A stretch of DNA of 53,740 nucleotides, the filler included, from Dimargaris cristalligena (taxonomy: Eukaryota): the NCBI GenBank assembly GCA_003614675.1. It is 2 parts of 2 records of this genome, joined end to end, with 100 filler letters (N's around TTAATTAATTAA, not from the genome) between each part and the next. Parts side by side here need not be neighbours in the genome. Positions count along the whole stretch, not along the records: positions 1 to 26,826 come from ML002534.1; 1 more part is not named here. One strand, given 5' to 3'. The notes beneath the pieces were generated by a model. That model searched no databases and was not told the origin of the DNA. It saw only the letters and a program-made list of their open reading frames with translations. This document shows, in pieces, positions 11,462 through 24,125 of the stretch. Made by a program: the position numbers and the translations under genes. Position 1 is the first letter of the stretch. Each line of letters starts with the position of its first letter.

Positions 11462-13057
11462 ATAATATAGGGCACGAGGGAGGTCGTGGTTTCACTACTA
11501 AGTGTCGAGGGGGGGTATGAGGGATACAAGCAAGCGAAGTTCGTCAAGGCCCGCCACTGAAGGCATACACCAGAGCCGGTGGAAGGTGGGCTAATAGAGA
11601 AGGGCGAGGAGAAGTTTCCAGGTGACGTAAAGTTGTGAGTAGTTCGGAACTGACGAATGCACGAGATGGAACACTCTGGACCTAAGCGGATAGTGAGGTA
11701 AGAATTAAGGAATAAGAGGGTGTGAAGTTAGAGTTGCCAAGCGAAGAAGACGCAAAGAGGTGAAGAGCAGTAGAGACACTCACTACATAGTCAGGAAGAG
11801 CCCAAAGGAAACGAAAGGCTAGTGAGAGGGGGAAATAAAGTCCAGGCAAAAGGCTGTAATGGGAGCAACGGGAGGGCGCCGATGGGGTGCTCTCCCTCCA
11901 TACATACACTGTATGGCTGGATTGTAATGCCCAGGTTCTTCCGCTCATGCGGGTAAAGTGAGTGTGCACAGTAGGCAGGAAACGACTCCGACGGCGACGA
12001 CGACGACGACCAAGTTCGCGGCTGCAATACCTTGGCGTCGATTAAATGGTTGTCCACGGCAGCCATCACTTGTCCCACCCATCAACAACATTGGGGTGTG
12101 ATTAATGATGATTCAAAATCTCTGGATAAATCGAGTGCCTAGACGATGACGTAGTAGGTAAGAGGCGCCTACACCGGACATTATAAGAAATTATTGAATA
12201 TGGGTAAAACGATACGCACATCCTTTTGCCGCTTTTCCTCAGTTGATCTACTATAATTCACGGGGAGAGTAGGCGTGCTTGGGCGTATCCCCCGGAAGCC
12301 CTCCCAGCTTATCTTTCGCGGGGGGTGTTTCGGTAAATAGAAGACGGGGTTTGTCCCCCGCTATTGTAGATTCCCATTTCCACCTTGGGCAGACCTGAGA
12401 ATTACAGGGGGATGGGCGAACAGTCTACAATTAGCCCTCTCCTGCAGCCCCGCATACAGACCTGCCCATTTTTCTAGCTCGGGGGGAAGGATGTATGTAT
12501 GTGTATATGTTTGAGAGAGAGAGAGAGAGATGCCAATCCCTAAGACCTCTTCGGAGGAGGGACAGGGCGCGTAAGACATGGGTCGTAATATTCGGAAGGG
12601 CAGTAGAAATATATGGAGTTTATTTATATCGCAACTTGGCCTGACTGCTCCGAAAGAGAAGGCTGGTCGGTGCTTCTGTTGAGTGTTTCACATCTAGCAA
12701 CAGCATCCCGGAGTTCACTCGATGCCGCATGCCCCGGGAAAAGACGGAAGGAGTTAATTATGTTTCAAGCCCCCAATGGGGAGGGGGAAGGTACCTTAGC
12801 GTATTCTACATCTAGTGGGAGCGGTATAAAGGCGGTGTCTATTTCTAAATAGCCAGAATGAACTACTAGGCTAAGCAGCTGACAGTCGGGAGGATACTGG
12901 AGAATGTATATCGAAGGCGGGGAATGTCTCTCAAGTACCCTGGGGGGCCTCCCATGGCCGAGCCCATGAGGGGGTAGAAGTACACCTTGACCGTATATCT
13001 AAATCAATTTAGTATGGAACGTGTGTACGGGTTACGAGTTATATTCTGACATGTATA

Positions 13058-13201
13058 ATATGAGAGTAGTTCAGCCAGGCTGTATAACGAAAAATCCACT
13101 TGATGAGGCAAATACTACTGGTTGAAAATAAACATCCCACCGATTTTCCCATACGCATAACAGTTAAAACCTTATACAACCGAGCTGAACTTCACCCATA
13201 T
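13058..13201. mobile_element. 144-bp fold-back element, copy 1 (MITE-like)
   Basis: Nearly identical to 13632-13775. Imperfect terminal inverted repeats atatgagagtagttcagc...gctgaacttcacccatat, with TA at both ends. Confidence 0.55.
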
Positions 13202-13631
13202 ATTTAATTCCGGTGCTTGATCTAAACCTATCCCAGCATTAAGAAGGCGTGGAGATTGGTGGGGAAGAATGGCGGACACGCCTGGGATCAATCTCTGCAA
13301 CCAACTGCCGGTCCTCAGTGCTATGTCGTGGTTGGTGGGAGGGCCTGTACTGTAGCATACTCAGACCATTTCTTTCTCACCCCTCCCCTCGTTGTACGAT
13401 GGCTAACTATATATATATATATATATATATTTCGGTTAGTCTCATTCGGATAATAGAGCAATCAAAATAAAATACTTAGTTAGTACTGGCTATATTTTCT
13501 GGAAGACCAAACACGTTGAAACAGTGATTTTTAAACGAAGATGTGATCCACAACACAGACATCGTGGATAATGTGGGGGGGGTTGAATCCACCACAGTTC
13601 CGCCGCTGTCACTATATTGTTGCTGTATTTC

Positions 13632-13775
13632 ATATGGGAGTAGTTCAGCAAGGCTGTATAGCGAAAAATCCGTTTGATGAGGCAAATACTACTGGTTGAA
13701 AATAAACATCCCACCGATTTTCCCATACACATATCAGTTAAAACCTTATATAGCTAAGCTGAACTTCACCCATAT
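13632..13775. mobile_element. 144-bp fold-back element, copy 2 (MITE-like)
   Basis: About 11 substitutions and no indels versus copy 1 by manual alignment. Termini are atatgggagtagttcagc...gctgaacttcacccatat. Confidence 0.55.
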
Positions 13776-15648
13776 GGATTATTTGGCTATTTAATGTGGC
13801 ATGCATTGCGGCAGCATTGGGTGCGGCTTGATAGGAATAGGCAGCCTGTCCATGATTGCTAGAATTCGGGCCAGCGTGTCACATAATACCACGAGGAAAG
13901 CCAACTCCAAATTGTCGGCCTCTTTTCAATGGGAACCGGGCCCCACAATGAATAGGAGGAATATTATTTAGCCTCATTACTCGAGACCAGAGCCCAATGC
14001 GGCATAATGGCATAATAGGGCGGTTGACTTGGAAGGGTGGTAAACAACCATATCTCCCCGCTAAAAACTACTCCATCTTAATAAGGCCGATGTTAACTAA
14101 TCGTCGGCGCACCGGATTAGTTTGGTAAATCATCGCTGGGTGGGCTGTATGGCAAGATGGGGGAGTGCCAGGCTGGGCAATACAAGTGGCAATCAGTGGG
14201 AGGGATTGGCCATCACCTAACCTTCTTTTCGTCGGGTTTTTTTACTACTAGCCCTAACCTTCCTCTAATTGGCATCACACACCGCACGCTCCTCCAGAGA
14301 GTTAGATGAGGGGGGGAGAATCACCAACTGGTCTCGAACGATGAAGCGGTCAACCGACAACTACTTTCGCCTAGAGGGTGTGTTCCGAGGTAAGACTCGG
14401 CTGGGAAACATAACCACATTCGATGAAGGCCACGAGGAAAGGTGTGGCAATCTTGGGTATTTTCCAACAACCAGTCGGCCGATTGAGGATGCCCATAGAT
14501 AGAGAGAGGGCTCTGCTAACCCTAGCTGTCTATTAAAATTTATATATTTTCCATGCAAACGAATGAGGCTGACGTGCAGGTGGCTTACGGGCAAAGATGC
14601 GGGGGGATTCAGTGAGCTCCTTTCCTAGACTCTGTAAATAATAATGGGCCGGGCTGGCCTAAGGTGTCCGATGGATAGATTATCGTGGTTCCGACTGTGT
14701 ACCAACAGGTTCAATTGAAATGGCTAACTAACCCCAACGGTCTCCCCCTTTCCCATTTAGCTGACAAGCTACACCTAGCAATGATTGCAGTGACACGGTC
14801 TATTACAAAACGACAGGTGTCTCCTACCATATCCGCATAGTTGACCCGCACCCTGCCGTATTCGACATCCCTGTCGTATATTGCAGCGTGCCTGGACTCG
14901 GTTTGCCGGTGCGGCCCGGAGAAGAGTCGGTGGGTTTGTGACCATAATGGTAATACTAGTAAGGCCTGAGCCATCCAGATCGATGTAAAGACGATTATAT
15001 GAATGTATATATATTTAGACATATGCATGTACATATTGGCAGCCAGAGGAGCAACGGGCGAGTGAGGCGGCTGTTATTGATATAATACTGTTTTCATTTG
15101 TAGTGGGTGGTCTCTCTCGTCTCTGTTATCAATTTCTCCTCTCTGCCTTTTTCTCGTTAGGATTGCTCCCCCTGTTAAAAAGAGTCCTGGTGCCCTTTTC
15201 CCTTCTCTTCTGTCTGGTTCCCGTATATTACTTCCCCCCTCCCGTTCCTTCCGGCCTCTGTCAGTTAGTTAGGGTCCTTGGTCTTTCACGCCTTATTACT
15301 ACCACATACACACATACGCATACGCATATACCCTCTATCTCTCTCTCTCCCTCTCTCTCCCCCTCTCTCCTTACCTCGCTATATGCACCCTTGGCCAACC
15401 CAGCTTTTCCGCCATTCTACTGACGTAGCGCATATTGCTTCTTCTCTTCTGCGGTCATTCTCTTGAACTTGCACATTATTATTCTTCTCTCCTGCCACTT
15501 GCCTATTTCTTTGAACTTCAGTTATTAGTTACTTTTCCACCTGGTTAACCCCTTCTTCCCCGCATATTGCTGCTCTGCGGTTTCTAGTACCCGCAACCTA
15601 AGCCCCCCTCTCCTTCACTCGCTCGCGTTCAGTCCATCACCCCGAAGC

Positions 15649-17572
15649 ATGCCCAGTCAACCGAGCCATATCCCTCGGGAGTATAAAATCGTCATTCTCG
15701 GTGCTGGTGGTAAGTGACTCTCTCCTTTTTCTATTTACCCTCTTATATTATCCCGACTAAGGGGTTTTCCCACCTATTAAGCGTGTTTGAATAGCCTTAT
15801 TGGTCCATATCACATTTTTTTATTAGAAAAAAATGCATAGATATGGTATATAGCCTGAACACAACTATATCGGTATTCTGTTCGGTTTGGGAAATCGGTC
15901 ACGCGACTCGACCCTTAATACCGTATAGAGGGCCGTTGCGGGTAGAGTAGTTCCGCCGGGGGCAGCTGTAGTAAACGAGGGACACCAGCCAGGGGCGATG
16001 AAGAGAGGGGATGGGTCCGGGAGCATAGGGGTTGGGAGGGGAGTAGTGGTGATGAGATCACCCTTTCCCAGTGGGCCCGCCATGCCTTTTAACCCGGCTG
16101 TCCCTCGTTCCCCTGACTCTTGGCTAGATTTATGAGTGAGAGGGAGGGCTCTGAAACTTACCAACAATTCATCGATATCCCCCGGCTTGCTCGCCACTGT
16201 GACCCGTCGGAGCCGTGCCTAAGTCTCTACGCTGAATACCTACATTTACGCTACTTCTATCCACCCACGCGTATGGCCTGCGTGCGGTTGTGACCGATTC
16301 CGCGAAATAGGACGCCGACTGGTCTAATGGGCCAATACTGAGTCACATTATGCATATCCCCACGCCGACCTGAGCTTTCCCGGATTGGGGGTACCTAATA
16401 GTATTTACCGTATCTTATATTAACCGATCCTGATATACATACTCCATGTATTTCCCATATGATAACCAATATTTTCTCTCTATTCCAGGTGTCGGCAAGT
16501 CAGCTCTGACTATCCGGTTTGTTCGGTCGTACTTTATCGAAGAATATGATCCAACTATTGAAGGTAGGTTGTCGCGACTCTATATAGACTTGACTATAGA
16601 AATGTAAGCGTTTCGGGAAGGAAAGGTGTCCTTGGCCCTGACTAAATTTCGCGTTGCGATTGATATACCCGCCAGGACTATCATATTAATCCTGTTCTGG
16701 ATCCTACCGCCAACCCGTTTATTATATACTGCCCATTTTCCCAATCAGACTCCTACCTGAAGACATGCATGATTGACAACGAGGAGGCGTCCTTGGACGT
16801 TCTCGACTCGGCTGGCCAGGAGGAGTACAGCGTCATGCGGGAGCAGTACATGCGTAGTGGCCACGGGTTCATACTAGTATATAGCATCTCATCGCGGACG
16901 TCCTTCGACGAAATCCGTCTACTAGCTGACCAGCTCCTACGCGTTAAGGACGTGACACAGGCCCCGCTGGTCATTGTAGGCAACAAATGCGATCTAGAAG
17001 ACCAGCGCGAAGTAACCACCGAAGAGGGGCGTCAACTCGCAACTGAGTACCAGGCCATGTTCTTGGAATCGTCGGCGAAGACCCGGACCAATGTGGACGA
17101 GGCTTTCTACCAGGCTGTGCGACAAATTCGTCACTACCGCTTTTCGGCCCAGCATTCGGACCGATCGTCCCGCCGGGGTACCATTACCAACGGCAGTGGT
17201 GGTCAGGGAAACAGTGGCAACAGCTTGGTTCAGCCGGCCGTCGCTCTGCTGGCCAAAACCAAGTCACTCAGCAAGCGCTCCCACTTCAGTCTGGGGCTGT
17301 TTGGCAGCCAGCACGGTGGAGGTAGTAATGGTGATGGCCATAGAAACTCGCGGTCCGAGGCCCGGATTTCTTCCCCCGCCTCGACCGCCACCACCCAATC
17401 CACTACGGCCACGGCCACTGGCCCGGAATCCCCACCATCTCTAGACAATGAGTCGGATGGTCGGGTAACCGCCAAAACCGCCTACCTGTCGGAGTCTCGC
17501 CGGAGAGCCACATTGAGCAAAGAAAACTCCAATCATGAGGACAATTCGTCACGTTGCTGTACGATTTTTTAA
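15649..17572 (+). CDS. RAS: Ras-family small GTPase, 3 exons (15649-15709, 16489-16563, 16749-17572; 319 aa)
   Basis: The spliced frame gives [46 protein letters not shown] and a C-terminal CCTIF (CAAX plus an adjacent Cys). Introns are canonical GT..AG. Confidence 0.93.
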
Positions 17573-20500
17573 AAAAGCAGCCACCTACCCGGTTGAATGG
17601 GTAAGAAGGATACCCATGATCGGATTGGTCTGCACATACTTACACCTACACCTACTCACCCACACATGCCTACATACATCCATTATCTATCTATACATCA
17701 TTGTTTTATTCCTGTTTACATACCCATACATTATAGTGGTTTCTACCGACTGTTTCACTGTTATTATTTATTATGCTTTCAATTTCGTTTCTTTTCTTTT
17801 TGGGACGGGGGGAGGGAAGTATTGAGTGACATTTACCTGGCTATATTATTATTATTTTGGGTTTTACTACGTATGGTCTACATACCTAGTTAACCGACTA
17901 TTTTTTTTAAATTACATTATGGTTGCGTCCTTTACAAATAGCATCTACCATTACCACCCCCCTTTTTTTCTATGTTAGCCACCCTTCTTCTAATGTCTAG
18001 CTATGTTTTCCCCCGTTATGCCTTGGCCTGCCATTTCTTTCCACACCAATTTAAGAAGCATCACACCATGCTCTGTGAGCCCAAAGCGACCATTACCCAG
18101 GCCCGCATCGCCGATCTCATATTCTATGGGCCCTTTCCCCCATCAACACATAGTAGTTGCCATATTTACGAAACTCTCATGAAAATGAGGTATATTGCCT
18201 AGCATTCTACTCCGCCTTATTCCGATTTATTTTTTTATGTATTGCATGAAACGTAAGTAGCTGCTATCTTATACTAGGGTTAAACCACCACTCGCTTCAC
18301 CCGTCTTCCACCTCCTATCCTATACATAGGAGGCAGTCCCGGCACCACTGTGTATAAAAGTCAACATCCCCAAAATAAAATATACCCCAAGTTTGGACTT
18401 ATTTTTTGTAGGAGACTGTCGGGGTATCTAGGACTCGAATTTCGGCCGGGACCTCTGCATCTATTCTGTAGATTAGGCAGGGAGTTATTGGGCGGGATGT
18501 TCACATTGCGAATTTAATAGGGAATGGGACCCGAAGTTAGTGAAGTTGAGTGTACCGGTAGGTGAAACGAGGAATACCGCCTATCCACAAGAATCGCTAC
18601 TGTGTTTAGCCACAGCGATATTGCTGGGGTATGTTCCAAGGCGAAAATCGTGGACAGGATTATCGGTTAAGCCATTGTCTGTGTGTGTGGGGGGGGAGGA
18701 AGGTTAAAGAAGAGGAGCCATCTCCACTCTCTCTCCCTTTTCTTTTCTCTTCTTTTCTTTTTGTGCTCCTTGCTCTTTCATTTAGTATGATCCGCGCGCA
18801 TGGGCCAATCCGGTAGATTGGATGGATAATGAAGGCCAATCCAAAAGTAGGCGAATAGTAGAGCTGGTATATTATTAGTGGCTGGCAGTATTATTTTATA
18901 GGCGGTATAAACCAATCCTGTCTCGTCCAGTTTCGCCGTTGGGAATGAATGGGCTTGGGCCAATAAAAATTATTCAAAAAGGCGGGTTAGGGGGGAGCGT
19001 CCCCAAGTCCAATAAATAAACCGAGAATCCCGCGAACCTCTCTCTCTCTCGCAGAGAAGTTTTTTTATTATTATTATCTCCGCACCATCAAAGGGGGGGG
19101 TTTGTTCCTTCTTCGTTGGGTAAATTAATCCTGGTGGAATAGAACTGCCCAATCCCGGCTTTATGGGTGGTGGCGGTGTATACTATTTACTAACGAACTG
19201 CTTGGATTCTATAGCCGGTTTTTTATAGAGTGGGGGAGAGTGGAGTTCCCGGCTGAATAAGTAGAGTAGGTTGATGTTACACAGTGGTGGTGGTTGTTCC
19301 ATCGAATCCCACGCCCAGCTTCCCCTCTTATACACATAGAATATCTAAATCTAAATCTATATCTATATATACACAGAATATAAGGACCATCATGGGAAAG
19401 AAAAAGGGAGTTGCTCTAAACTGGGGTCGGATAGGTAGGGGACGGCCTACCACTCAACTCAACTCAATTCACTCTCACGGTTGGCTCCGCGTCCTGAGTA
19501 ACGGGGTTCGGTTCAAATATATAAAGAGGGGTAGAAATGTAATAACGTAAGGTAAAAAAACCCCATTTGCATTATCCTGGGAGAGAGCCCCCGCCCCCTT
19601 TATAAGTCTATAATTTGCGGGTTTCCTTTTCGAGTAATCTATGAAAATTGGGAATGCCACTAAAGAGCCGTGTGCCTATTATTATTTACCCGAATTAAGC
19701 GTATCTCCCCGAAACCGAAAAGCTTAACAAATATATATATATATATATATATGGAACCTGGCAAAGGCGACGCGATGTGATATAACAACCTCTTATCCTC
19801 CCCTCCTCCTACGAGAGGGACTGCCATATTCATCTACATTACAACATCCCAAATAGTTTTATTGGTAGTTTTTTTTGTTACCCCATGGCGACCGGGGGGG
19901 ATAGATAGGGAGGGAGTAATTACATTTCGGCACCGCGATCTCTGCCGTGGGGAGTGGTGGCTCTTTCCTTCTTCCGTCCTTCTTTGGCATCTTTGAATTG
20001 GAATACTACGGCCGCTGGGACGGGAGAGAGGGTGAGAGGGGGAGAGGGGGAGAAAAAGAGAGGGAGAGAGGGTGAGAGGAAACGAGTAAGGGGAGTGGGG
20101 CCACAACACGGGGCAGCATTAGTGGCAATAGTAGTAGTATTAATAGCAGTAGTCATGGTGACGCCGCCGCTCCTTCCGACCCTGCTGCTCTTTTCCGCCG
20201 TTTAGCGCCACCCCATCTTTGATGTGGCGCGGGGAGTGCGAGTAGAGAAGGGCTTATATAAACAAGCCCGCGTCGAATACTATTCGTCCGATTTACCTGC
20301 CAACCATATATGCTGATATATCGGATACCTTGTTTGATTAAGACGCCTACGCGTTGTTGACATTGTTCTAAGCACAAGGGCATTCCATTCGCCGGGTAAT
20401 TAGTAGTAGATTATTAGCTATAGATGATCCATTCTATTCATTTATGGAGTCTCTTTGCTTAGCTCCCTCCCGCATTTACCACCGGTCTTTTCCACTCATG

Positions 20501-21238
20501 AGGACTGCGTGTGCTACACCTATACTATACTATATTCTTGAATCGTGCGTGTAACACAGAACAGCAGCAATCCTTCCTTTTCCCCTTTCTTCACGCCTCG
20601 TGGTTGGTAGTGGTGGTGGTGGTGATGCTCACCCAGTACACCAATCTACCTTGCTTCTGGTAAATTATTTCCCCTTCCCCCCCCTCCACCTACCTCTCGC
20701 TCTCTCTCCTTTTTTTCTTCTCCTACAGCCTTTCTCCTTTTCTCTATAGAATATCATATATAAAATTCACTACTGAGTCGTCTATTATCTTGGCTTAACC
20801 TGGAAATAGTAGGTCTGGTGTTTTGTTTTGTTATATTATATTAAGTCTACGCTCGCCGTGTGAATGGGCTTATCTTTTTGGCAGTGCTCTCTTTTTATAT
20901 CTCTCCCTTCTCCTTCCCAGTTTTTTGGCTGGACTTTGCTTAATAGAAGAGTATTGGCGCTGCTACCAACCAACTAATATCCTCTTCTCTCTTTAGTAGG
21001 CTAGGTGCAGTTGGTCTCCACATTTCTATCTCTCTATACCTTTCATCTCATCTCTGGGTCCAGTATAGTTAACTCTATTCCAGCCCACTGGTAAACCGGT
21101 CTCCATTGCTGTGTGCGAACCGGCTTTCCCCCTTCTCTCTCTCTCCCTCTCTCCTCTCTCATATATATATATATATATATACCATCCCTTACGCCTTTTT
21201 ACCACACCCCGCCGTCCTATATACCATCTTACCCACAT

Positions 21239-22495
21239 ATGGCCCACTCACATTCGGGCTCATCCCGGCTAATAAGCCAGGTCACCCGCTTCCGGTTCCT
21301 GTTTGGCCTGATAGTGGTTATCTTCGTTATCCATCTCTTCTACACGAGTCTCTGGCGTGCCTCCCCCGTGAAGGTCCCCGCCAGTTCGCTGATCAAAAGT
21401 AAACTCACCGACGCCGAAACAGCACCCATCCTGAAAGGCCCTATTGGGAGTTCGTTCGATAATAACAATGCCCCCCTTCTGACCGGTAGTGGAAGTACTA
21501 CCGGTGGTGGTAGTGGCGCCCAGCCCAACGTCACGGCGTCTGACTCGACTGTAACCAAGGTCAAGGGGGTCTTTGTGGTCCTGGTCCGGAATCGGGAACT
21601 GCACGAGCTGCGCTGGACCCTCCGGCAGTTGGAGGATCGGTTCAACCACAAGCACAACTACCCTTACGTGTTCCTCAATGACCGCCCCTTCACCGAAGAG
21701 TTCAAGCGGACCATCTCGTGGGTGACCAAAGCCCCCGTCTCGTTCGGCCAGGTCCCCGAAGAGCACTGGAGTCTCCCCGATTGGATCGACCGGTACAAGA
21801 TGCTCGACGGTATCAACGACCTGGTTAAGAAACAGATCATCTACGGCGCCAGTCTGTCGTACCGCCACATGTGCCGCTTCAATTCCGGCTTCTTCTTCCG
21901 CCATCCGTTGCTGGACGGCTACGAATACTACTGGCGGGTGGAGCCCGATGTGCAGTTCACGTGTGATATCGACTACGACCCGTTCGTGTACATGAAGGAG
22001 CGTGACCTCACGTACGGTTTTACCATCTCGCTCAAGGAGATCCCCGAAACCGTGGCGACGCTCTGGTCCAGTACGCGCAAGTTCATGAAGCAGTACCCCG
22101 AGTTGATTGAACAGCACAACACGCTGGACTGGGTATCTTCGGACAATGGCAAGTCGTACAACATGTGCCACTTCTGGTCCAACTTCGAAATCGGGAAACT
22201 CGACTTCTTCCGCTCCGACCGGTACCTCAAGTACTTTGACTTCCTCGACCAGGAGGGCGGCTTCTTTTACGAACGGTGGGGCGATGCGCCCGTGCACTCG
22301 TTGGCCGTGGCCATGTTTTTGAAGAAGGAAGAGGTCCACTGGTTCCAGGATATCGGCTACGTGCATAGTGTGGCCCAGAACTGTCCCAGCGATAGGGAGA
22401 TGCAGAAGAAATGCCACTGCGACCCCCTCAAGTCCGTCGATTTGTGGCGTTCGAGCTGTACCAAGCAGTGGAATGCCCTACCCGCTTCGCCCTAG
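21239..22495 (+). CDS. Glycosyltransferase family 15 alpha-1,2-mannosyltransferase (KRE2/KTR/MNT family)
   Basis: Type II TM anchor and the motifs YPYVFLND, SYRHMCRFNSGFF, YYWRVEP, CHFWSNFEI and GGFFYERWGDAPVHS. The first in-frame ATG is at 21239. Confidence 0.95.
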   Translation: MAHSHSGSSRLISQVTRFRFLFGLIVVIFVIHLFYTSLWRASPVKVPASSLIKSKLTDAETAPILKGPIGSSFDNNNAPLLTGSGSTTGGGSGAQPNVTASDSTVTKVKGVFVVLVRNRELHELRWTLRQLEDRFNHKHNYPYVFLNDRPFTEEFKRTISWVTKAPVSFGQVPEEHWSLPDWIDRYKMLDGINDLVKKQIIYGASLSYRHMCRFNSGFFFRHPLLDGYEYYWRVEPDVQFTCDIDYDPFVYMKERDLTYGFTISLKEIPETVATLWSSTRKFMKQYPELIEQHNTLDWVSSDNGKSYNMCHFWSNFEIGKLDFFRSDRYLKYFDFLDQEGGFFYERWGDAPVHSLAVAMFLKKEEVHWFQDIGYVHSVAQNCPSDREMQKKCHCDPLKSVDLWRSSCTKQWNALPASP

Positions 22496-24125
22496 TGTGT
22501 TTTTATGTCCAGGGCGAAGGGATGATGAGGCAGAAGGCGTAACCAAAAATTTCTATCAGCAGCCGGCCTTATGAAGTAGTGAAGTGATCGAAGGGGAGAG
22601 TTGTTGGTTTAAATATATACGACTACTATATATTACTGCTACTCCTCGTCTCTCCCCCACCGCCATTGAATATATCCATATCTCTTCCCATTCATGCCCA
22701 GGCCGGTTACATTGTAAACCAACTCCATTTTCTCCTATCATAGCCCTCTCTCTCTCTCTCTTTATACCTCCCAGATGTATAAACCCTCTACCACTACTAA
22801 GTCAGTGGTGTGTCTCCTCCCTCCCTCCCTCCCTCCCTCGTTAATGCGAAACATGGCTCTTCCGTTGCTTAGAGGAGCCCCGTACCGTATACACATTACC
22901 CTACTCAACTGTACTATGGCATGCCCGTCCGTTTTATCCCGAAACTCACACCCCTCCCCGCCCTCCTTTTCTCGACCTCCATTGTCAGTCGATTATTTAT
23001 ATAGCGCATGCGCATTTCGTAGTACCAATCCCCCTCTTTGGTTCATTTTTATTATACCATCCGTTTAGTTTCCCGATCCTTTTATACTATATATCATCTC
23101 GATTATAAATAAATATATAACCCACTTCTGATCAATCATTATTTTACAATCTTCATCAATTCCAATTCTTTGTTTTTACTCTAAAGCGGACGTTTCTAGT
23201 GTGGTTTGATTTTTGTGTGGCTGGCTCTGCTGTCTTCAATTGTCCCCGGGTTCTTTAGGAGAGAGATCCTTCTCGTCATGGTGTCAGTAAATTGCCACTT
23301 TTCTGTTTTTATTGCTTATTTATTGTAGCCGCTGTTTCTTTTTTTATTTTTATCATTGGGCTAGCGTATTGTGCTGTTGGTCCTTCGCTATCACTCACAA
23401 AAAAACAACCCCTTACCCTATTGTTTCCTCCCTTACCACACTACCAGTAGTGCCTATATCGTCTGTGGAATGCGGAGGAATACACCCCCCCCATTGTAAT
23501 AAAACCTCGTCAATTGATGATTTGGACATATCCCCCCGAAACCGGTTTAAAAGTACCTTGTAGTGTCCAATTGACTGGATAAAACTAATTGGGAATAATT
23601 AAACTAGCCGGCCTTTGGATCCATAATAGAGAGGGAGGTAGAGGAGTACCTCCCCGGATAATCAATTTCCTACGCACGAAATCTCGCCGGCTGGTTTTAT
23701 GCGAATTAATGCGCCCAAATCAATGATGTAATAATATACTCCCCGCCACCATGTGGCGCATGGATTGTAGGGTGTAAAATAGTAAGTCAGTATGCCCTTC
23801 TTTTAGTGGCTGAGAACGTATATGCTGGGAAAGGCCAATCACCATTGGTGTCTCTTTGGTAGGTTGCTCACTCTATACTACCACCACCTTCATATTCACT
23901 TCCAGGCCATTCTTGCCTCCCCCATTGTTCGCATTGTACCCCTCTGCTTTATTCCTTCAGTAGAGTCGCCGTAGACTCACAAGTGCCTTTTCTCCCCCTC
24001 CTCAAACACCTCCCATTCAGCCAAACTGGTCGTCAGTGGTACTGGTACTGATACTGATACTGTTGACTTGCCATAGTCACACAACTCCCTTAAACATTCC
24101 CTCCTGTCCCCTTCGTGATGTGGTC

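Noticed and set aside
7077..11547. Many overlapping short ORFs within TSC1
   Set aside because: GC-rich, low-complexity coding sequence yields stop-poor alternative frames.
13058..13775. CRISPR-like or LTR interpretation of the duplicated 144-mer
   Set aside because: There are only two long copies in a eukaryote. No 4-6 bp target-site duplication, PBS/PPT or coding remnants are visible between them.
18420..18480. ggactcgaa...gacctc resembling a minus-strand tRNA T-arm
   Set aside because: I could not build a cloverleaf (no matching acceptor, D or anticodon stems).
21113..21238. N-terminal extension of the GT15 ORF from a GTG start
   Set aside because: It translates (CT)n/(AT)n UTR microsatellites, and the ATG at 21239 gives a normal type II membrane N-terminus.
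21269..22417. 382-aa antisense ORF over the mannosyltransferase
   Set aside because: Shadow ORF explained by strong C/G third-position bias of the sense gene, with no recognisable motifs.
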